This document shows positions 8,895-18,421 of a stretch of 60,475 bases of DNA, piece after piece. The stretch comes from a virus. Within the stretch, counting starts at the first letter, position 1, and the number at the start of each line of letters is the position of its first letter. The stretch spans positions 1 through 60,475 of IMG/VR virus record IMGVR_UViG_3300028034_000003; one strand, written 5' to 3'. The position numbers were made by a program, and so were the translations under genes. The notes beneath the pieces were generated by a model. That model was not told the origin of the DNA and made no database searches. It worked only from the letters and a program-made list of their open reading frames with translations.

Positions 8895-10586
8895 ATGTTA
8901 GTTGGTGATTCAATGATTGAAAAAGAAAACTTATTACCCAGAAAAGAAGCGCTAAATTTAGCGCACAATCCTAAGGGCGAATATTGGGAAGGGCAAAATC
9001 TTGCCGTAGCATCTATTTTTGGCGCAATTCACAATGGATACAAATACATTGCATTGGATGCGCCTACTGGCACTGGTAAAAGTATCATCAATGCTGCCCT
9101 CGGTAATTTGCTTGGTGGGAGTCATATAATGACTACACAAAAGAAATTACAGGAACAGTATTTAGAATTGGGAGATGATTATAAAAGAGTGACTGGTCGA
9201 TCAAACTTTGTATGTAAAAATGACAAAAGAAAAACATGCGATGTAGGAGTTTGTATTACAGGCCCAGATGACTTTGTATGCCCATATAAACCATCCAATA
9301 CAGGTAAGTATCCTGCATTTGCTGGTAAAAAATGGTCAGGATTAGAAAAATGCCCATACTGGGCAAATGTGGAAGAAGCATGGCATGCTAAGCATACGAT
9401 ATTCAATTATGCCTACTATGTTCTCAAAATGAACTCAGAGTATAATGAATTTGAGCCAACTGATATTCAATTGCTCGATGAAGGACATAACCTTGAAGCA
9501 TATATTAGAAATGTGTCATCTTTTGAGATAACTGACAAAAGTCTTTACCATGTCCGTTATGTGGATGATGTGGATACCGTAGATGATAAAAAATTTGAAA
9601 GAGTAGAAAGACAAATCAATGGTAAACATGATGCGCTTGAATGGCTTGATTCATTACTGAGAGTAATAGAATTGCGCATTAATGATTCAAAGGATGCAAA
9701 AGCACACGGCAATACTCTTGTTAAAAGACGTATAGTAAAATTGGAGAATATGCAGAATAGGATTAAGACAGTATCACAAAGAATGCATGCTGACCCAGAT
9801 AACTGGGTATTTGCTAAAGTAGATAACGGATTTAAACTTGTGCCTCTTTATATTGGTGACTATGCCCAGAATGTCATATTTAGACATGCTAATGTACATA
9901 TATTTTCATCGGCAACATTACCGCCAAAAAAAGTTCTATGTAAACGATTTGGTTTTGAAGAGGATGAGGTATTCTATTATTCCATGGACTCACCGTTTGA
10001 TCCAGAAAAAGCGCCAATATTTTCTTATCCCCAGCCCACGATGACATGGAGTCCAAACATGGATGCTAAAAGGGCTAAAATGGGTGGCACAATTGCCTCA
10101 GTTATGCAAAATTATGAAGGTCAAAGAGGACTTATACTTTGTAATAGTTATTCAGAAGTAAGATTTTATGAAAATTATATGCAAGAAAAATTCCCAGATT
10201 GTTTCAAACGACTTACTGTTCAACAGAGGGGCGACAATGTAGAAACACTTATGGAAGAGCATGAATCTAAACCTGATAGTGTCATAATATCCCCGTCAAT
10301 GTGGGAAGGAGTTGACCTAAAAGGTGGTTTAGGAAATTTTTTAGCAATTGCAAAAGTTCCTTATCCAGATTATAAAGACCCTGTAGTCCAAGGGTTAAAA
10401 GAAATTGATAAAGGTCGTTATTTTGAAGACACAGTTATGAAAATCCGTCAGGGAGTAGGCAGAGTAATTCGTTCATCTGATGATGAAGCAGATATTCATA
10501 TACTTGATGGAGCATTTAGGCAGATATACAAATATAATGGTAAGATGTTTCCAGAAAATTTTAAAGAAAGGGTAATATATATTTAA
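8895..10586 (+). CDS. DinG/XPD-like SF2 helicase with Cys cluster (Fe-S)
   Basis: APTGTGKS, GRSNFVC, CPY, DEGHN, SATL, WEGVDL and QGVGRVIRS motifs. Confidence 0.9.
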   Translation: MLVGDSMIEKENLLPRKEALNLAHNPKGEYWEGQNLAVASIFGAIHNGYKYIALDAPTGTGKSIINAALGNLLGGSHIMTTQKKLQEQYLELGDDYKRVTGRSNFVCKNDKRKTCDVGVCITGPDDFVCPYKPSNTGKYPAFAGKKWSGLEKCPYWANVEEAWHAKHTIFNYAYYVLKMNSEYNEFEPTDIQLLDEGHNLEAYIRNVSSFEITDKSLYHVRYVDDVDTVDDKKFERVERQINGKHDALEWLDSLLRVIELRINDSKDAKAHGNTLVKRRIVKLENMQNRIKTVSQRMHADPDNWVFAKVDNGFKLVPLYIGDYAQNVIFRHANVHIFSSATLPPKKVLCKRFGFEEDEVFYYSMDSPFDPEKAPIFSYPQPTMTWSPNMDAKRAKMGGTIASVMQNYEGQRGLILCNSYSEVRFYENYMQEKFPDCFKRLTVQQRGDNVETLMEEHESKPDSVIISPSMWEGVDLKGGLGNFLAIAKVPYPDYKDPVVQGLKEIDKGRYFEDTVMKIRQGVGRVIRSSDDEADIHILDGAFRQIYKYNGKMFPENFKERVIYI

Positions 10587-10600
10587 TGAGGTGATATTTA

Positions 10601-13363
10601 ATGCTAACAAACGAACAATATTTAGATTTATTCAGGTTTCGTGGAGATTCTTTCGCTTTGCAGCAAAAAGATGGTTCATATGTACGAATAATGCGAGCAC
10701 CTACAAAAGAAGATTTGGAGAATCATTTTAATTATACAGCGACCATGGCACTTTATCCGGGTATGAATCAGCAGTGCTACATTGGTTGTCTTGACTATGA
10801 TCTTCCTAAGAGTGAACGCAACAATAAAGATGCACATAGAGAAATACAATACAAGATTAGTGCAGCATATGATATGTTACATGACATAGGAGTAAAATCT
10901 ACCCTTATTGAAGCCACAGGTGGCCGTGGTTACCATCTTTGGGTCTTTTCCGACCTAGTACCCACATCCATGATGGTGAGCCTCTTAGAACGAATCTGTG
11001 AGGCTTCTCTCAGTGATGCAGAAATATTCCCACTGGATAGTCATGGATTGGGTAAAGCAATTCGCCCACCTCTAGGTATGCATCAGGTATATGGTGGACA
11101 GTCAAAATTTGTTGACCCTACACATTTTGAACGTATCACGATTTCAGAAGAGTATTATAACTTCCTAAATGAAAATCGTGTAACTAAAGAATTTTTACAA
11201 TCTTTAGGAATTAAAGAAAATAAAATCGATAAAGAATCATTTGATTCAGATTTTTCATATTCTACAATCCCAAAAGCAGGTAATTTTAAAGATGTACTAG
11301 AAGAGATGCGCCCATGTTTCCAGCAAATTTATTATAATGCTACAGAAACATCCGGTGGTCAAGGATGGTCATTCATGACTGCGGCTGCGGCTGAAGTATA
11401 TGCAAATGGTGGCACTGATGATGATGTGCATGAATATTTCCGAGTACAGGCACAATATAACCCTAAAGAAACTAGGAAAAATTTGAAGCCCATTAAAAGA
11501 AAAAATTTGATGCCATTCCGATGCAGTAAATTGCAGCAAGCATGTTCTGATTATGTTTCAGAATTTTGTCCTGATTGTCATATCTATAAACAGCACACCC
11601 TATCTGAAAAAATTGATGAAGTTGTCGATAAAACTCAGGGAAAAGAAGATCGCAATGATGGTGGTATTGAAGATACACTTGAGCAATTTTCCCATGTGGC
11701 AATAGACTTAAACGATTTAATGAGTGGCGATGAATACACAATGATAACAAATTCTTTTGATAGTGGTAAGTCATGGACTACAATTGGATTCCTGAAACAT
11801 GCAATTCATAAAGAAGGACATCGGATAAATTTCATAACCCCTACTAAAAAAGTGAAAGAAGTTATGATGGAGCGCATGAAGAAGGCTGAGATTAACTTCT
11901 TAGATAATCCAAGCAATATCGATTTATGTTCAAGGGCTGCATCATTTAGAAAATTGGGTTATGTGCCTACAATGGTATGTAAAAAGTGTTCAATGTACAC
12001 CCCTATTCAAAAACTTATCAAACCTATAACTGAGGATTATATTGAAAACGCTGATAAGCCGTTTTATGGTGATATTGAATACTACACAGAAAAGGCTGAT
12101 GAGTATGATACATGCCCTAAATGGATTTATCTAGCCACATTAGAAGCCACAAGGGAAGAAAATATGACACTATTGATGACATCTGCTAAGTTAATGCATC
12201 ATTTCTTTATACCAGATAGCCCATTAATACCTGCAATGTCATCCAGTCAAACATACTGTAACATTATTGATCAGATAGATTTTGTAAATCGTAATATTCC
12301 TAAAATAACATTTTCCGATAAAGTTGTATTTGAGAAGATGCGTAAATTGGGTCTATTGGTAATAGATGATTTGGAAGAAGCCAAGGTGCGCATTGAGGAT
12401 ATGTTAGAGAATGATGATATTGAGGCACAAACACTTGAAGAATTGGAAGCAGTAGATTATTTGAATAACTGGCTGTATTCTCAAAAGGCATATGATGAGG
12501 GCAAGTATCGCCGTATTTCAAATGTTAATAATCCTTCATTATATCATTTTGATCATGCGGGCGAAAGAGAACTTAAATTTGTGCTCAATGATGTGGTTGG
12601 GAAGAAAATTAATCCCAGATTATATGATTCATTATTGAATTATATTAAGAATATTGAGATACACACATATGATGAAAACATTGTAGTTCCTAAATCATTT
12701 AAAGAAGTGCTTGAAGATTTCACTCAATGTAATGCTATCCTTGGTATTACATCAACGCCTAGTGAATTGGAAGTTATGAATAGTCAATGGCTATCTCGTT
12801 ACCATGAAACCCAAGATAACATGCTAAAAAATCTTTACTCTATTCCAAATGCGCCTGATGTAATGCCTGATTTTGGTATTGATGAAAGGACTATAATATT
12901 TTCCCGAAAGAATGATGGAATGGAATTTATTAATAATGGGCTTGTGAGAGGTAATACAGGCACAGGTGGCAAAGCAGATGATGTAATTGTGCGATCTATG
13001 CAGTATCCCAAAAACTCTGAAATAGTTATGGCTGATATGATTCAATTGTGTGGCGGTGACTTTGGTAAAGGCATAAAAACTTTTTATCAGTCAATTGCTA
13101 GTGATGCAATAACTCAAGCGCATAAATTCGATGCCGAGAGAATCATTGTTCCCAAGCCCGATGTGTTCAATGCATTAGGGTTTGATGTGAAAATCCATCA
13201 CGATTTCACAATAGAATATTGGAAAGAAAAATTGACTGAACTTTTTGAAAATAAAGATTATGTGTATAGAAATAGATTATATAGAATATCTGATGAAGTG
13301 TTAGATATTTTATTGAATGAAGGATTCTTAAAGATGGATGGCAAGAAGATATGTCTTGCCTAA
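10601..13363 (+). CDS. AEP primase-polymerase fused to a PriL-like Cys domain and a divergent P-loop domain
   Basis: CLDYD and TGGRGYHLW AEP motifs, RPCF...FRCSKL..C...CPDC, later DSGKS and IIDQID. Confidence 0.75.
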   Translation: MLTNEQYLDLFRFRGDSFALQQKDGSYVRIMRAPTKEDLENHFNYTATMALYPGMNQQCYIGCLDYDLPKSERNNKDAHREIQYKISAAYDMLHDIGVKSTLIEATGGRGYHLWVFSDLVPTSMMVSLLERICEASLSDAEIFPLDSHGLGKAIRPPLGMHQVYGGQSKFVDPTHFERITISEEYYNFLNENRVTKEFLQSLGIKENKIDKESFDSDFSYSTIPKAGNFKDVLEEMRPCFQQIYYNATETSGGQGWSFMTAAAAEVYANGGTDDDVHEYFRVQAQYNPKETRKNLKPIKRKNLMPFRCSKLQQACSDYVSEFCPDCHIYKQHTLSEKIDEVVDKTQGKEDRNDGGIEDTLEQFSHVAIDLNDLMSGDEYTMITNSFDSGKSWTTIGFLKHAIHKEGHRINFITPTKKVKEVMMERMKKAEINFLDNPSNIDLCSRAASFRKLGYVPTMVCKKCSMYTPIQKLIKPITEDYIENADKPFYGDIEYYTEKADEYDTCPKWIYLATLEATREENMTLLMTSAKLMHHFFIPDSPLIPAMSSSQTYCNIIDQIDFVNRNIPKITFSDKVVFEKMRKLGLLVIDDLEEAKVRIEDMLENDDIEAQTLEELEAVDYLNNWLYSQKAYDEGKYRRISNVNNPSLYHFDHAGERELKFVLNDVVGKKINPRLYDSLLNYIKNIEIHTYDENIVVPKSFKEVLEDFTQCNAILGITSTPSELEVMNSQWLSRYHETQDNMLKNLYSIPNAPDVMPDFGIDERTIIFSRKNDGMEFINNGLVRGNTGTGGKADDVIVRSMQYPKNSEIVMADMIQLCGGDFGKGIKTFYQSIASDAITQAHKFDAERIIVPKPDVFNALGFDVKIHHDFTIEYWKEKLTELFENKDYVYRNRLYRISDEVLDILLNEGFLKMDGKKICLA

Positions 13364-13461
13364 CTCTTTTATAAGATTAAACCAATATACAAGTGGAGGA
13401 ATTTTATGAGTAAAAAAAATGAGAACATGTATCACAATTTTGGATTGGAGATGAAGTAAAA

Positions 13462-13980
13462 ATGCCATCAGCAAGACAAGGGGGTTATAAGTGGGAATCT
13501 ACATTTAAGAAAAGTTTTGATAAGTGCTTTCCAGAAGGATTTATTTATAAACTTATAGATACACATTCATTGGAAGGCATAACCAAAGCAGCAATGAAAG
13601 AAAATAAAGCATGGGGTAAAATGGTAGTGCCAAAAGTACCTAGCGATTTTATATGTATTCATAAAGGTGAAACTATATGGGCTGAATGTAAAAATACAGT
13701 AAATAAAACATCATTCCCCCTTAGAAATATTAAAGATCACCAAATCGAATTTGCCACATTAATCGAAAATGCTGGCGGGCGATACTATTTCGCTATTCGT
13801 AGAGAAATACCCCGTAATCATCAATGCTATCTTATAACTGTTGATGATATAATAAGGCTAAAAAAAGAAAATCAAAATAGAAAATCGATTAAATGGGAAC
13901 AGTTAGAAAATGACCCCCATGTAAAAAAACCGCCTTTTATGAAAGGGGCAAAATTTGATATAAGTTGTATGTTTGATTGA
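13462..13980 (+). CDS. Holliday junction resolvase (RecU/Hjc-like)
   Basis: E..F, PSDF, AECKNT and IKDHQ motifs. Confidence 0.75.
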   Translation: MPSARQGGYKWESTFKKSFDKCFPEGFIYKLIDTHSLEGITKAAMKENKAWGKMVVPKVPSDFICIHKGETIWAECKNTVNKTSFPLRNIKDHQIEFATLIENAGGRYYFAIRREIPRNHQCYLITVDDIIRLKKENQNRKSIKWEQLENDPHVKKPPFMKGAKFDISCMFD

Positions 13981-13994
13981 TGATTACTCATCAA

Positions 13995-14336
13995 TCATAA
14001 TTTTAAAAAGTCTAATATCCAGCCTAATCCCATTATGATAATACTTGTTAATCCTGAAACTTTTACACTATTTATTTTTACCATGCTACGAATTTTTTCA
14101 TCACTCAATTGGCTATCGGCAGCAATCTTACCCTGATTAATTTTTAAAGAAGTAATATCCTTTTCTAATTTACTATGATTAGGACATTCCTTGCTTTCTA
14201 ATCGGGCTAATCTAGAATCTATCTTCTCAAATTGTGTATCTATTTTATCGAGAATTTCATCTGTGCGCTGAGTACGCTCATCAATTCTGCCTATCATTAT
14301 TTGCATCTTCATTAAATCTGACTGTGTTATATTCAT
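13995..14336 (-). CDS. Coiled-coil protein with C-terminal TM helix (holin/XhlA-like)
   Basis: Heptad region followed by LTSIIIMGLGWILDFLKL; last gene of the tail operon. Confidence 0.5.
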   Translation of the reverse strand: MNITQSDLMKMQIMIGRIDERTQRTDEILDKIDTQFEKIDSRLARLESKECPNHSKLEKDITSLKINQGKIAADSQLSDEKIRSMVKINSVKVSGLTSIIIMGLGWILDFLKL

Positions 14337-14339
14337 CCC

Positions 14340-14804
14340 TCACAATATTATAAAAACTATATGATTTGAATCATCTAATTCTTTGAAAACTTTATCAGTT
14401 TGTGGTTCAACAAAATATAGTTCATTTTTATATATAAAACAGTTTATTGCATGCCCATTCAAAAAAACGATGCCAAATGGACATCCCGGAGCCCAAGTGC
14501 TTACTTTACCAGCAAGTTCAATGGCAAAATTATCACAATCATGTTTTTCAGATATATATTCTGTTTCAGATATTTCATCAAATTTTAAAAAATCTTTAAG
14601 ACTTTCTATAGAAACTTCAGTATAATGTTTATCTAAGGGCTGCCAATGTCTTTCATATCTACCTTTGAGAATATTATAAACATCTGATTTAGAAATAGGT
14701 TTAGTAAATTGTGGGGATGGTGGTTGTTCTACTAACTCATATCTGCCCGGGCAAAAGGCATCACCAAATGTGTGTATAGTGTCACAAATTTTAACATTGT
14801 CCAT
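14340..14804 (-). CDS. Cysteine protease of the lectin-MOA C-terminal / transglutaminase-like type, putative lytic enzyme
   Basis: DCDNFA, GHAIN and VEPQTD motifs. Confidence 0.6.
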   Translation of the reverse strand: MDNVKICDTIHTFGDAFCPGRYELVEQPPSPQFTKPISKSDVYNILKGRYERHWQPLDKHYTEVSIESLKDFLKFDEISETEYISEKHDCDNFAIELAGKVSTWAPGCPFGIVFLNGHAINCFIYKNELYFVEPQTDKVFKELDDSNHIVFIIL

Positions 14805-14863
14805 AAAATTACCTCTACCACTATTATGTAACTCTTAATATAAATAAATTAAGATGATTAATA

Positions 14864-16072
14864 TTAATCAATTCCATTAAGATTATTTCTTTTATCACCT
14901 AATACAAATGATTCAATTAAACTACTCATAGTAATATCTACATCACCGAGTTTTAATGTAGTTACAAAATCTTTGCCTATTTCATGTGTAACTTCTCTTA
15001 CTAAAAATGTATTATTAACTATTTCACCATTTATTTCTATTGATGGGATGCGGCATTTTATCTTATCCCCGGGTCTAATTATAGTATTTCCACGTATTTT
15101 TACTGTGCCTGTTATGACTGGCTCTGACCAGCGATTTATTATAGCATTACCGATATTAGCGCACATACTAGATGTTGAAATTGTTTTATCCACTAACACT
15201 GTTTGCCGTACATCATATCTATTTTGAGATATTGTGTTTTCTACAGTTGCAGATACTTGTGGACTACCGCCACCATATATAGTAACTTTATTTGTAAGTT
15301 TATTTGAATGTGTTTTAAATTCAGCACTTAAAAAAGTTTTTGAATTTTCATTAACAGCAACTCCATCTATAGCATCATCACTAATTGCTGCCCATATTGG
15401 TAATACTGAAGTTAAATTGTCATCAGTATCATATTGTGGCGCTAATCTGAATATGTAAGAACTAATTTCTAATTCTTCAAGTTCTCTGATCACATCTCCA
15501 ATAGACTTACTATCCTTTTTAATCTCATAACTAGATATAGATGTACTATTTGTAGTGTCTATATTGCTTGTATCAGTTGATATTCTAGTTACACTAGGCA
15601 TCAATGCATCTAAAATATATCCTGTGGTTTGATCAGTATATGTTGCAGTAGATTGAAGATATGTGTATGCTAAAGCATCACTATGCCCTACACAATTAAT
15701 GGTAGTATCATTATCACCAGTATTAAATGAACTTGAAATATCGCTTACTCTACCTTCAAATACATCAACCCATAGATCAGTTTCATCTATGAGATATTTA
15801 TGATTTACTTGGAATCGAACAATATCATCTACTCTAATTGGGGATAAATAACTATCTGTTACACCAGCATAATTTGTTGATACTACAAATGTTGCTGTAG
15901 GAACTGTGAATGGATACGCCTCTTTGATATTACCTGACATAACCATTGGGAAAAATTTGTTTCCATTGGTTTTTTGAATTATTAATCTAAATTCAAATTG
16001 GCTAAAATTTAAAATTTGGGTTTTACTAGTATCTTCACCAAATATGCTAGGAAATGTGAATGGGAAAAACAT
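14864..16072 (-). CDS. Tail hub/baseplate protein
   Basis: Position after Dit and adhesin; FEGRV and G...IRPGD.I hub-like motifs. Confidence 0.6.
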   Translation of the reverse strand: MFFPFTFPSIFGEDTSKTQILNFSQFEFRLIIQKTNGNKFFPMVMSGNIKEAYPFTVPTATFVVSTNYAGVTDSYLSPIRVDDIVRFQVNHKYLIDETDLWVDVFEGRVSDISSSFNTGDNDTTINCVGHSDALAYTYLQSTATYTDQTTGYILDALMPSVTRISTDTSNIDTTNSTSISSYEIKKDSKSIGDVIRELEELEISSYIFRLAPQYDTDDNLTSVLPIWAAISDDAIDGVAVNENSKTFLSAEFKTHSNKLTNKVTIYGGGSPQVSATVENTISQNRYDVRQTVLVDKTISTSSMCANIGNAIINRWSEPVITGTVKIRGNTIIRPGDKIKCRIPSIEINGEIVNNTFLVREVTHEIGKDFVTTLKLGDVDITMSSLIESFVLGDKRNNLNGID

Positions 16073-16094
16073 GATTATATATCACCACTATATT

Positions 16095-17909
16095 TTATGT
16101 CCATTTTCTATCCCCATATGTCATAGTCAAAGTACATTCAGGAGAACTTGTATTAGGTTGTTCTGCTGTAAATGTGTTAGAATTGCCTACATCTATCACT
16201 GGTATTTCTGCATCTATTGTCGCCACATCAATATCAAATACTATAGATTCAATGGCACAAGATGATATTCTTACCCATATTTTAGTTTCACCTTTAAACA
16301 CCACATTTTCTGCATTGTATAATCCATATTCAGTAAATGTTGAAGGAACTATAGTTTCATCAATATCATACCAATTGGATGGTGAACCTGAATCATCATA
16401 TGATATTTGTACTATCGGACTAGCATCTATAGATACAAGATTTGCAGTCATTGTTGGAATACCAATTATAGGATATTTGGTATCTATGTAATAGTCAACA
16501 TATCCGCTCTGGGTAATTTCAAGACGTTCATCAGTTCCATCATATGTCAATTCACTTGAATCTTTTATATCAGCGAGATATTTAACACTGGTAAAATCAT
16601 CAGAATATGAAATATTACCCAACCCATTAGCATTTACAGTATGGGTTGCGCCTATTAATGCTATATTTAATGGTTCTAATACTCTGTTAGGATTTGAGTC
16701 ATTATATATTTGTAAATCAGTATTATGTCCATATCCACCTAATTTTATATACATATCAAATTTATCAACATCATTGTCACCTATATAGAGTGACCCACCT
16801 AATACATCGGATGGAGTGTAAATGCCTGCTATTATATCTGCCGTTCCATCTGAAGTGAATTCTATAAAATATGATGTGTCTGCATCTAAAGTATTATATT
16901 CTGAAAATTCAAATGTGTTATCACCAGTGGATGTAATAGTTCTGCTTACACTATCTAATGTAGTTGTTCTATCAGTATCATCATACAATGTGCAAGTTAC
17001 AGTTCCAGATGCAGTTATTTCTTTCACATAAATTGTAGCAGTTTTTAGAGCAGATTTTAATTGTTCGCCTGATGTAAATAGTTGCCCTATTGAGTGTGTG
17101 GAATTAATAGCACCTATTGTATAAGTTTCATATGTACCTACTGAGCCGCTTTGATAACCTGCTCCACCATTTACTGTTATAGTACTTCCAGTAGTGTCTA
17201 AAGTGTCAGCGAATATTTTAATTCGACCTCCACCTCCGCCACCACCTTGAGGAATAGTGCCACCATCTCCACCATTGGCTGTCAATGTGCCATAAATGAA
17301 TACATCCTTACCAAATGCAAAAATTCCTCCACCGGAACCGCCACCCCCACTATTTTCATAATTACCGTAACCTTTGTCACCATTAACATAAATATTACCA
17401 TCAATAGTTATTTTTTGAGCATATAATAGAATACATCCACCACCATCTCCACCCTCAATAGCCTCACCTATTCCGCCACCACTACCAAACCGTATGTATG
17501 CAGTAGATGCACTACCATAAGTTCCTCCACCAGCAGCAGTACCATCTCCACCAGAGCCACCGTAACCACCGCCACCACCATCATCATAATCACCAAAAGA
17601 ACCATATCCACCACCCGGGCCAAATCCATTAGAATACCTCCCTTCAGTATAATCTCCACCACCCCAATATCCAGCACCATTACCACTAACAGTACCCCGA
17701 ATATCTATTATATTTGAACGTATAATTATTGCTTTAGATTCATCACCAGTAATTGAATCATCAAAATTCATTTGAGATTGACTTACTGTAACAGTTTCTT
17801 CAACGATGAAATTTTTTATATTGTAGTGTTCACCAGCAATAGTGGTATCGGCATCTATTATCCAATCTTGACCTTCATGATCGCCCCCATCAGTATTTGT
17901 CCATGTCAT
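16095..17909 (-). CDS. Glycine-rich tail fibre/adhesin
   Basis: Repeated GGGG.GG..I blocks followed by beta-sandwich-like regions, in the tail module. Confidence 0.7.
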   Translation of the reverse strand: MTWTNTDGGDHEGQDWIIDADTTIAGEHYNIKNFIVEETVTVSQSQMNFDDSITGDESKAIIIRSNIIDIRGTVSGNGAGYWGGGDYTEGRYSNGFGPGGGYGSFGDYDDGGGGGYGGSGGDGTAAGGGTYGSASTAYIRFGSGGGIGEAIEGGDGGGCILLYAQKITIDGNIYVNGDKGYGNYENSGGGGSGGGIFAFGKDVFIYGTLTANGGDGGTIPQGGGGGGGRIKIFADTLDTTGSTITVNGGAGYQSGSVGTYETYTIGAINSTHSIGQLFTSGEQLKSALKTATIYVKEITASGTVTCTLYDDTDRTTTLDSVSRTITSTGDNTFEFSEYNTLDADTSYFIEFTSDGTADIIAGIYTPSDVLGGSLYIGDNDVDKFDMYIKLGGYGHNTDLQIYNDSNPNRVLEPLNIALIGATHTVNANGLGNISYSDDFTSVKYLADIKDSSELTYDGTDERLEITQSGYVDYYIDTKYPIIGIPTMTANLVSIDASPIVQISYDDSGSPSNWYDIDETIVPSTFTEYGLYNAENVVFKGETKIWVRISSCAIESIVFDIDVATIDAEIPVIDVGNSNTFTAEQPNTSSPECTLTMTYGDRKWT

Positions 17910-17920
17910 ATAATTACTCC

Positions 17921-18421
17921 TTATAATTTATTAGTTTGTGATAAAAATACGCCTTCATCTTCACTCGTTTCAATCTTATAGTCTGGTTCAGAATATACGT
18001 TCCCATCAGTAATTAATGTTGTGCCACCAAAATTAAAATCTGCGCTAGTAATATTAAATATTTTACTATCTCTGGTATCAGAATATATAAATGGTTCTTC
18101 ACAAGCAAACACCCATGAGAATGGATGATAATTTATTTCTTCATCGTTGGTTGGTGCGCCATAATCTTCTAAAATAGCATTATAGTACCATCCATCCTTA
18201 ACATATAATTTTACAGGGCCACTAAATACTTCTTTAGTGAGTTGATCATAATCGGTGAGATTAAGTGCATAACCTTCTACCGTGAGTTTTAATCCATCAT
18301 ATCCTAGACTATCTATGGGATTCTTATTACTGCCCGGAATTTTGTTTTTAGATAACCTATGAGTAATTTTTCGACCAACTCTCTCTAATCTCACAGGTAT
18401 ATCATTTATTTTAGAAGTCAT
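17921..18421 (-). CDS. Distal tail (Dit-like) protein
   Basis: Directly downstream of the tape measure gene; typical size. Confidence 0.55.
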   Translation of the reverse strand: MTSKINDIPVRLERVGRKITHRLSKNKIPGSNKNPIDSLGYDGLKLTVEGYALNLTDYDQLTKEVFSGPVKLYVKDGWYYNAILEDYGAPTNDEEINYHPFSWVFACEEPFIYSDTRDSKIFNITSADFNFGGTTLITDGNVYSEPDYKIETSEDEGVFLSQTNKL

